DNA from: a bacterium | GTDB lineage: Bacteria > SAR324 > NAC60-12 | Reading direction: 5' to 3' | Assembly: GCA_965233585.1 (NCBI GenBank) | Contig: CBDDTI010000316.1 | Location: 1-10,682 of the forward strand | DNA: 10,682 nucleotides | Part shown: positions 1 through 7,142 of the stretch, in pieces | Numbering within the stretch: the first letter of the stretch is position 1 | Layout: every line of letters begins with the position of its first letter | Notes under the pieces: generated by a model | Told to the model about the DNA's origin: nothing | Databases searched by the model: none | What the model saw: the letters and a program-made list of their open reading frames with translations, nothing else | Position numbers and translations under genes: made by a program

Positions 1-115
1 ATAGTTTGTATATTTTTCCTAAAGACTTAATATTTCAAAAAGAATGTAATTATTTTTATTTTGATAGTTTGTTTATTTTGCTAAAGACTTGATATTTCAA
101 AAAGAATGTAATTAT
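1..115. repeat. Tandem repeat of about 63 bp, at least 2 copies (may continue left of the window)
   Basis: 1-53 ATAGTTTGTATATTTTTCCTAAAGACTTAATATTTCAAAAAGAATGTAATTAT vs 64-115 ATAGTTTGTTTATTTTGCTAAAGACTTGATATTTCAAAAAGAATGTAATTAT. Confidence 0.9.
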
Positions 116-220
116 AGTTCAGTTTCATATGCTAACCATGACTTGCTTTCTGTTTAGCCAGGCGTGCGTGCTCCACGAAAGACTCCATGCGCACCTAGGG
201 AAAAACACAGAGCTAAAAAG

Positions 221-334
221 GTGCCCCTTCTGCCCTTTTGTCCTGATTGGCCTCGTTTTGTCCCTTTTGGCCCTCAAAAGTCCTTTTTGGCCTGTGTTGT
301 GGCCTTTTTGTCCTGTGTTGTGTCCTTTTTGACC
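221..334. repeat. Degenerate array of about 10-bp period (G-N-CC-N-TTT type) with a 21-bp higher-order unit
   Basis: About 11 units such as TGCCCTTTTG and GTCCCTTTTG. 282-302 CCTTTTTGGCCTGTGTTGTGG vs 303-323 CCTTTTTGTCCTGTGTTGTGT, with a partial third copy at 324-331. Confidence 0.8.
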
Positions 335-399
335 TTCGCATAAAAGGTTAAAATTCGCTGGAACTGTTTTATTTTTTGCCGAGATCTCGAACTGTTAAC

Positions 400-852
400 A
401 TGACTAAACGCGTGTGCCGCGATTGCCCGATTCCGAATTGTGGAGCAAAATATCTCGTTAGATTGTCTAATCATCTCACAGATGTACATGGATTAGATTA
501 CATAAATCGAAGGAAGTGGTTACAAGAAGCGAAATTACAACCTAAGGTTAGAGTGATGATCTATCCAGCAAAGAGGAGCCAGGGATTAAGACCTACAACA
601 AGTGAAACACCTCTATCAGTGCACGAAGAGGAAAAAGATACAATAGTCCATCATTTATCAACACCAAGAGGAGTAAAGAAATCCCTGAAACCTCTACCAA
701 AAGGACTAAAGAAATCACTGAAATCTCTACCAAGAGGCGTTAGAAAAGCAGCCAATAACATCAAACATTATAAAACAACAGCAGATTCAGTTCCTGAGTG
801 GCTCACTTTGTATGGAGACGATGAGGGGCCAAACCCAGAGAAGAGATCTTAG
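400..852 (+). CDS. Small basic protein with one N-terminal C2H2-type zinc finger and an 11-aa basic repeat (probable Polinton accessory ORF, 150 aa from ATG 400)
   Basis: CPIPNC-x10-HLTDVH finger (C-x4-C...H-x4-H); PRGVKKSLKPL/PKGLKKSLKSL/PRGVRK repeats. First in-frame ATG is at 400; the tracked TTG start at 376 is unlikely in a eukaryote. Confidence 0.65.
   Translation: MTKRVCRDCPIPNCGAKYLVRLSNHLTDVHGLDYINRRKWLQEAKLQPKVRVMIYPAKRSQGLRPTTSETPLSVHEEEKDTIVHHLSTPRGVKKSLKPLPKGLKKSLKSLPRGVRKAANNIKHYKTTADSVPEWLTLYGDDEGPNPEKRS
664..747 (+). repeat. 33-bp coding tandem repeat, about 2.5 copies
   Basis: Units start at 664, 697 and 730 (CCAAGAGGAGTAAAGAAATCCCTGAAACCTCTA / CCAAAAGGACTAAAGAAATCACTGAAATCTCTA / CCAAGAGGCGTTAGAAAA). 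Confidence 0.85.
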
Positions 853-923
853 TAACCCCGCCTGCAGTATCAGTAGCTTGTGACACTAAGCCGCGTCCCA
901 TAAGCTTCACATTTTCACTGCTT

Positions 924-957
924 TTTTTAAAGACGGCGCTCCACTTGCCGTTCAGTT
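924..957 (+). promoter_or_regulatory. Candidate core promoter of the ORF at 994: TATA-like TTTAAA plus TCAGT initiator
   Basis: TTTAAA at 926-931 lies about 28 nt upstream of the A in TCAGT (952-956), which is 40 nt before the ATG. This is canonical TATA-Inr spacing. Confidence 0.45.
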
Positions 958-993
958 TGCTGTGAAAGCTCATGCTGTTTAAACGAAAAGAAA

Positions 994-1500
994 ATGTCTT
1001 GGAGCAACGGTTATAATTACTGCCTTCTTCAACGAGGTAATGGATATTACGAAGACAGTGAAGACTCTCAATCTAGCCAAGAAACAGATTCTTCCCAATC
1101 TAGTCATGAAACGGATTCTTCCCAAGAAGTGACAGAGCACTTAAACCCTTGGTCGCGCATATTAGATGAAGCTCAGGAACGCCACGAGGTTCAGCTCAAT
1201 GCTTTGGTCGACGAGTACCAAAGAAACGGAGATTCGGAAAATGTAACTCACCTTAAAACGCAGAACGCTCTCCTTCCTCTCTACAGAAAAGGACTGAGAA
1301 AAGTACTGTTAGAGTATCTGCAGTGGATGCGAGCGATGAAGAAAGATTACACCTTTCAAAAAGTGATGGAAACGCAGAAAGATCTCAAAGATACAGATGG
1401 ATTTGATTGGTTAGAATCGACAGAACTAGCCATCGATAAGCGGAAATTCTTGCTTAATCGATTGTTTGTGAAGCAACCGATTCCACAAGATGAAGACTAA
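994..1500 (+). CDS. 168-aa hypothetical protein with an acidic Ser-rich N-terminus and a helical C-terminal domain ending in a DKRKFLL motif (probable Polinton accessory ORF)
   Basis: ATG in AAAATG context, clean ORF, and AATAAA 21 nt after the stop. The KD..FQKVMET....D.FDW.ES.E.A+DKRKFLL pattern resembles a multicopy family of marine-invertebrate hypothetical proteins that I associate from memory with Polintons (unverified). Confidence 0.75.
   Translation: MSWSNGYNYCLLQRGNGYYEDSEDSQSSQETDSSQSSHETDSSQEVTEHLNPWSRILDEAQERHEVQLNALVDEYQRNGDSENVTHLKTQNALLPLYRKGLRKVLLEYLQWMRAMKKDYTFQKVMETQKDLKDTDGFDWLESTELAIDKRKFLLNRLFVKQPIPQDED
1060..1128 (+). repeat. 27-bp coding tandem repeat (ETDSSQSSH-type), about 2.5 copies
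   Basis: 1081-1107 GAAACAGATTCTTCCCAATCTAGTCAT; 1108-1128 GAAACGGATTCTTCCCAAGAA; partial copy at 1060-1080. Confidence 0.85.
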
Positions 1501-1520
1501 GGCCATTTTGTTTTGCTCTC

Positions 1521-1526
1521 AATAAA
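1521..1526 (+). terminator. Polyadenylation signal AATAAA for the 994-1500 ORF
   Basis: AATAAA just after the stop, followed by a GT-rich element (GTGTGTTGTT, ~1552-1561). Confidence 0.55.
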
Positions 1527-2380
1527 AAAATGTACTTCAAACCGATATCTAGTGTGTTGTTCTATTGGAGTTTATTTCTTTGTCAAGGGGACTTCAGTGT
1601 TATTGTTCATTGCATCCTAATTTCCTGATTTACTTTGTGTTAAATACTTCATAGTTGTTGGAGCTTTGGTTGCCAATAAATGTGTTTTTAATTGATTTCA
1701 AATCTCTGTGTATTTGAATCATTTCGCTAATAAAAGTAATATTCACGAAACGTGTGTTGCGTTGACAATTAATTAGCGCTCCGAACTTCTATTGTTGTAA
1801 TTTCAATGGTAGAGCTGTCCGTTCGAGTTTGTCATTATGCAAATCTAGGGTTGAAAGTAGAGTTCAGTGCATGACTAACGGAGCGGAAAACTCGAGCAGT
1901 ACATTAGCTAAGAATTAATTCTCTCTCTCGTCAGCAAAACTGAGAGTTCAGATAAAAACATTAGAAAAAACAGTAGATTTTTCATAAGTCAATCAGGCTT
2001 AACTATAAGCCGGCAAGTTTCGAAAATCGAAGTACGTTTTCAAAGAAAGCTAGAGAACCTCAGAAATTATTACGCGTTCAAAAATTTGCGCTTGTCAACG
2101 TTTCCGAATCACGGACGGTTAAACAAGCGTTCAAAACAGTTTGAAATTCGCGAGCATCGGTAACGAAAGCCATCTTCACGATAATCGTTTCGAAATCGAA
2201 CAAAGTTTTCAAGTTTCCTGCGAGTTCAAGTTGAATGAAGGAATGACGCTTTCGCTGAAATTGGCGCTTTTATTTTGAATACGTAAAAGAGTTCTCATGA
2301 GCCAATCAGGGTTAATTATTAACGGGCAAGACCGGGCAAGCTAATTGTTTTTACTGTTTTAGAGCGACGCTGATTAGTAA

Positions 2381-2473
2381 ACCTAGACACTACATTAGTA
2401 TGGAGGAACCCATTTTTACCTAGACAGTTTGAATATTAATGATTGACCTAGGCACTTCATTAGTATGGAGGAA
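2381..2473. repeat. 28-bp subterminal direct repeat, two copies plus a partial
   Basis: 2381-2408 ACCTAGACACTACATTAGTATGGAGGAA vs 2446-2473 ACCTAGGCACTTCATTAGTATGGAGGAA (26/28 identical); partial ACCTAGACA at 2418-2426. Confidence 0.9.
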
Positions 2474-2638
2474 GGCAGGGAAGGTAGGGGAAGGCAAGGG
2501 AAGGCCGTGATGGGGCTTAATTCCCAACATACAAGACTACTAACACGATCCAATATAGCCCGCCACAGAAGTAAGTGATCATTAATGTGGAATTTGCATT
2601 AGGGAATTGTAAGTTATTATGTAGGTCAAGAGATTTAG

Positions 2639-2779
2639 CACTGATCCCAACGGCAGATATGACCAAAATTACAAAAAAACTATTACAAAAAAACTATTTT
2701 AACTATTTTTTTGTGAAAATAGTTTAGTCCATTATTCCGTTTTATTTAATTCTGGTCATATCCGCCGTTGGGATCAGTG
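2639..2779. mobile_element. 141-bp MITE-like element with 33-bp TIRs and CACTG...CAGTG ends (CACTA/CMC- or Transib-like termini)
   Basis: 2639-2671 CACTGATCCCAACGGCAGATATGACCAAAATTA vs the reverse complement of 2747-2779 (31/33). AT-rich core with a duplicated 14-mer ACAAAAAAACTATT. No TSD visible, so the superfamily is uncertain. Confidence 0.75.
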
Positions 2780-3020
2780 TGCCGTCTATATTTTGTATTC
2801 TAAAATTTCTACTGATCCAGGTCTACTAAAGATTTGGCACTCTCATCGGTTTGTTGCTGTGGTTATACAGATTTTGATTCCATTTGTTGTACAACTCTTC
2901 ACCACCGGTCCTGGAACACGGATCCAAACCACGGATCCAAAAGTTATTTTCTAATATGGGGATTGACCTTTGCTTATGGAGACTACGCGTTGGTTCTTTT
3001 AATTCCTCGAGACACCATAA

Positions 3021-3090
3021 CAGTTCAGTTCAGTTCATTTCATTTATTTGCCTTAACAAATTATGATTATAATAATTACAATAATAATTA
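3021..3090. repeat. Short microsatellites: (CAGTT)3 at 3021-3037 and degenerate (AAT)n at ~3060-3090
   Basis: CAGTTCAGTTCAGTTCA; ATTATGATTATAATAATTACAATAATAATTA. Confidence 0.7.
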
Positions 3091-3270
3091 TCCATTTGGT
3101 AGGCAGTCCAGGAAGCTATTTTGCTTATTTAAAGGACTGCCTTGAAGAATGGAGTAAAAATAAAAAACTAGAATGTACACTGTCCATGGCGGAACAAAAA
3201 TATTGAGACTGAAACTAAATATATATTACAAAAATTTATAATGAACCATGCGTTTAAGATAAAATAAAAA

Positions 3271-3330
3271 ACAGCGCAGCAACAACAAAAGCAAAGTAAC
3301 AACAACAAGAGCAAAACCACTGCAGCAACA
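3271..3330. repeat. Degenerate (CAA/CAG)n low-complexity tract
   Basis: ACAGCGCAGCAACAACAAAAGCAAAGTAACAACAACAAGAGCAAAACC. Confidence 0.6.
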
Positions 3331-3360
3331 CTGCGTTCTCGAAAATCAACGAACGCTTCC

Positions 3361-3597
3361 TTCAGCAAAAGGAAAACCCGTCAACACGATATTTTACACG
3401 TTCTTTTTCTCTTGCATTGGTTCCTCTTGTTTATTTACGCTACATCCACAAATAACTCAAACGGAGCTTCAACTCAGTTGTTTAACATCTCCCTCGACAA
3501 CACTATTGTCACGCCAGAAAATACAGCTTCTAAATGTATCTACTGTCCGCGTGCCTACCATCTACTGCTCTGCATGGACGTCGAACGAAATCCCAGA
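3361..3597 (+). pseudogene. Possible 5' remnant of a non-LTR retrotransposon ORF ending in a broken 2A-like motif
   Basis: A hydrophobic segment (ILHVLFLLHWFLLFIY) is followed in frame by YHLLLCMDVERNP-R (LLLCMDVERNP at 3562-3594), matching LLLxGD(V/I)ExNPGP up to the NP. The sequence then turns AT-rich and stops at 3615. Confidence 0.4.
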
Positions 3598-3911
3598 TTT
3601 CAAAATATCAAATAAATCAAGCACTGTAGTTAGAGTTTTTTGGTTAAATAACAATTTCATTTGGCGCTGATGATGAAAACAGACAAATTAAAATTAGATT
3701 AAGAATCATATAAACCTATACAAGAAAACTATATTACACTAGCTCCGGCCTATTACATCCGCGATTATCGACAAAGGTGAGACTATATTACAAAGTCTAA
3801 CTGAGTTGGAGTGGGCAAATAAAGAAAACCCCGTTAAATTAGTCCTAAGGTAATGCAGTAATGTATGACGCAGCACTGATTTCTCCCTTCGGGTTACGAC
3901 ATTAGTGTATA

Positions 3912-4530
3912 CAGTCAAACTTGTATTAGGCGGACATCCTCAGGCTCGGGACCCGTGCTGGTGTCCGCTTAAAACAGGGTGTTTGTTGTAAGCAGCTTCC
4001 CCCAGAATTCGTCTTAAAAGGGTCATTAATTATCAAAAAGCCTTGAAAGGGTCAAATATCATTCTCTTGAATGGTCCACAACTCTGAAATACCGTATTGC
4101 CATAAACAATGACAAGCATACGAGGCAAAACGATTTAAGGATCTAGTAACAGGATCTATACTGATCGAATAATGTGCTGGTTCACAAAATCAAACAAGAG
4201 CAAACGTTCTGTAAAAACAAAGCCGAACAAATAAGATTTGCATTTCTGTGACAGCTCTTTGTCGGCAAACTTAAATGACCGATCTATTAAAAGGTGGACG
4301 AAATAACATGCAGTCTCTTTTGCAGTGTCTGTTTGATACAGGTTTCTAGCAATAGAAATGACCATAAAAGTCAAGTTTAAGTTGTCCGCGTCCGCTTCAT
4401 AGAGGTTTTCGTTTGAATACAGGTATATTTTACAGTGAATGTAGAAAAAGAAAAATAATTGACTTGCTCTGTTGTCCGCTTATGGAGGGTGTCCACTTAA
4501 CATGGGGCCCGCTTAATACAGGTTTGACTG
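3912..4530. mobile_element. 619-bp non-autonomous Tc1/mariner (pogo/Tigger-like) MITE
   Basis: 24-bp TIRs: CAGTCAAACTTGTATTAGGCGGAC (3912-3935) vs the reverse complement of 4507-4530 (21/24). Left flank TA, right flank CA (probably mutated TA). Subterminal GTCCGCTT(A) motifs at ~3963, 4390, 4474, 4491 and 4507. Confidence 0.85.
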
Positions 4531-5417
4531 CAAATGGGACATAACAAATGTCGATGCTAGACTTACAAAACGATACATTGATTATCTTACACAAAAGCAA
4601 AGAGGTAAGCTAGATAGTCTGGATACATTTCTAGCCATTACATAAATATGAAAATTCAGATAGTGGTTGCTGGGTCGCATATAGCGATATCTTCCCTGGC
4701 TCAAGAAGTTCTCTCTTTTCTGTTCCTCAGTTAGGATCGACCAGAGAACTCCATATCATATGAAAAAGAAACAGCCGACCAAATTATAGAATTGTTCTTT
4801 CTTCTTTCTTAAGAGTAGACTGTAATTTCATCTTGGTCTCTTTTGAAGCTCGTTATGTACAATTAATTATCAGCAACAGGAAACTTTCCTCAAACTTGGT
4901 CAATGGCGGAAGTGTGTCCCTTTAAGTAAAAGCTTTAAAAATGAATACAATACCTTTCGTAAGTTGCTATCTTAATCTTAATTCTTGCTTTTTCTTACGT
5001 TACAATGACATCTATCCAACAAAGCCGTGTTTGTGATGCTACTTAATATAATTCACATCCTGATCGCTATTAAAATACGCATCGAAATCGCAAGCTGACG
5101 GCGAACAGTGTTAAGTTGTTAATGTTACTAAAACGCCAAGTTTGTTTCTCTACCGCTAACTAATAATTCCAGCTTCTTGACTTATTTCTGTAAAGACATC
5201 TCTTTCCCAAAAATAAGTGAAGTAAACACCTTGATTAACTAGCTCTTCATGATATTTGAGCCACATGCTCCCCTCATCTCTGTCCAAGGTGGACAATAGC
5301 AATTGCACTAACAGCTGATCCCGTTCTCAAAGTGGACTCAGGTTGAAGCTGACGGTAGAGTAGTACGTTATAGATAGATTGCAAGCTCGTCATTGAACAC
5401 AGAAGTCGAACTATGTC

Positions 5418-5952
5418 TAGGGCTGCAACGATACATTTTCTAAGGATACGATACAGATCTCGATACAAGTGCCACGATACGATACACGATACGTATCTTA
5501 GTTCCGAGTAACAATGGCGACAAATTACGATTTCTTTTACAACGTTCCTTACCCCTTGGGCATCGTAAAGTACTTTAAATCCAAAGTCTTTCCACACCTT
5601 TGGTTTAAACGAGGACGGTGCCGGTTGTAACTCAACGGAGGAAGACATTTTGATGAACGAACTGTATGCATGCGTTCATGCCGCCATCTTGAAAAGTACG
5701 TGATCGAAAGCATGCGAAGCGACACTAAGCAAGGACGAAGCCCTGTGGCTAAAAAAGGCTTGTACTTGGGTAAGGAGTCAATAAACTGATTAAAACAGTA
5801 ATTTCTGAATGTTGGTAAAGTAATTTCTGATTTTTGATGAGGAATATTTTTTTGTTTTGCGATACAGCGACATCCCATTCAAATATCGATATTCGTATCG
5901 TGGCAAAAAATATCGCGGTTCACCGATGCACCGGTGTATCGCTGCAGCCCTA
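5418..5952 (-). mobile_element. 535-bp non-autonomous hAT element (Ds-like internal deletion derivative)
   Basis: 18-bp TIRs: TAGGGCTGCAACGATACA (5418-5435) vs the reverse complement of 5935-5952 (17/18). Perfect 8-bp TSD ACTATGTC (5410-5417 and 5953-5960). Many subterminal CGATAC/GTATCG motifs and an internal transposase fragment. Confidence 0.95.
5493..5648 (-). pseudogene. N-terminal fragment of a ZBED1/Ac-like hAT transposase (truncated BED zinc finger)
   Basis: MSSSVELQPAPSSFKPKVWKDFGF...IVICRHCYSELRY has the BED pattern VWxxF...CxxC. The second half (HL..H) is missing; the frame runs directly into the subterminal repeats. Confidence 0.85.
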
Positions 5953-6379
5953 ACTATGTCTAGTCAACTGCATGGAGCTTTTGGCTTTGTGCATGGGTCT
6001 TGACCAAAATGTGATCACATGACAAGATGCTGGACGAGAGTGCTAACAATCTTGAGGCTTCACTCTAGAGACAAATAAAAATACAAGGAAGACGCTTTCA
6101 AAATCTCTATATAACTTGGTCCGAATAGAAATATGAGTTATCCACAGAGCTATAGAAAGCATTCAGTTGAAATTTATTTTGAGATTCCATCACACCCTAT
6201 AAAGCTAGCAGCCGTAATCGTTATCAGTATTAAAGTCTACCAAAGATATACATTTAGCGGAGATGCTGTAATTATACGTCCTCTGGAAATGCTGGCTTTT
6301 GGGACAAACATTCGGTCAACTCCCTTTGCCTATTGGTGCACATATGTTGGGGGAAGGGAGGCTTTCGCACTTAACTTAG

Positions 6380-6760
6380 AGGGGCTAGGTCACGCTATTT
6401 TGGGCAATTTCAGCACGGATCAAACGGTCATAGAATTAACTTAAATATCAAAATAACGACTCAAAACAATAGTAGAACTCTAACAAAACACAGCCAAGCC
6501 AAGAAGAGACATGGATGAACAAAACTGGAGAGGATTAAGCTAAATTGCTTTTGGGTAATTTGAAAAACGGCAGCCCTCCTTTTTTCAAATTCATATCAGT
6601 TTATATCAAAATCATTATTTACACAGCTGGAAAATCATTCTCAGCTGTTATGTGGTCGTGATTTTGCAAATAATAGACTATTGCTCTGCCAATTTGACGT
6701 TTAGAGCTCATAATTGACAAAATTAAACAAAATTACCTAAAATAGCGTGACCTAGCCCCT
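6380..6760. mobile_element. 381-bp Kolobok-like MITE (TTAA target, AGG...CCT termini)
   Basis: 31-bp TIRs: AGGGGCTAGGTCACGCTATTTTGGGCAATTT (6380-6410) vs the reverse complement of 6730-6760 (29/31). Right flank TTAA (6761-6764), left flank TTAG (6376-6379; one change from TTAA). Purine-starting ends argue against piggyBac (CC ends). Confidence 0.85.
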
Positions 6761-7142
6761 TTAAACAACACATTTGTAACGTAAACGCCCTTCCACCAAC
6801 CCCTTTTAACCGCAGTTGAGAGCCAGTCAGTATCTCTCCACCTTCGTTCCGGAGGCTTTCTGGTCGAAGCTGGTCTTCCATACATCATTAATAGAAATAA
6901 CAGGACAGAATAAGACAGAATTATACGACTGGTGTGTGTATCGAATCTATAAAAGTAAGTTAAGAACACAATAAATATGGAATACCTGTTGTAAGAAGTT
7001 GACTGATTGTTGAAGATTTTGTGGTGTGTGGAAGCAGAAACGAGTAAGTGTGAAATGTCCAAATCTTTACCTCATACAAGCCTGAGAATGCTTAAAGAAC
7101 TGCTGAATAAAGAAATTACCTTAATAGCTTTTGCAAATGATC

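Larger units (their letters stand above)
1..2541. mobile_element. Putative right arm and terminus of a Polinton/Maverick (adintovirus-like) element; left part outside the window
   Basis: Ends in ACTACT (2536-2541), reading 5'-AGTAGTCTTGTATGTTGGG on the - strand, the typical Polinton (AGT)2 terminus. It is preceded by subterminal direct repeats and a G-rich tract, and contains densely packed intronless ORFs. No hallmark gene (pPolB, integrase, capsid, ATPase) and no second TIR lie in the window. Confidence 0.6.

Noticed and set aside
129..489. ORFs 129-332 (+) and 274-489 (-)
   Set aside because: Their sequence is dictated by the 10-bp repeat array or is antisense to the zinc-finger ORF; no recognisable domain.
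2381..2473. 28-bp direct repeats with a 37-bp spacer resembling a mini-CRISPR
   Set aside because: Only two full copies, eukaryotic context and no cas genes; better explained as subterminal repeats.
2917..2941. CACGGATCCAAA duplicated in tandem
   Set aside because: A simple local duplication with no inserted element between the copies; not a TSD.
2834..3368. ORFs 2834-3145, 2884-3066 and 3168-3368
   Set aside because: Non-ATG starts, and two of them run through microsatellites that explain the poly-N and poly-L/C tracts.
4156..4374. 72-aa ORF inside the Tc1/pogo-like MITE as a transposase remnant
   Set aside because: No HTH or DDE-like motif recognisable; non-ATG start.
5274..5878. ORFs 5274-5648 and 5549-5878 (-) as intact genes
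   Set aside because: The first is a 52-aa transposase fragment fused to TIR and flank sequence; the second is an alternative frame through the hAT leader.
6320..6360. Short stem CTCCCTT...AAGGGAG as an ncRNA or Helitron hairpin
   Set aside because: Only 7 perfect bp, with no CTRR end or RNA-family features; compatible with chance.
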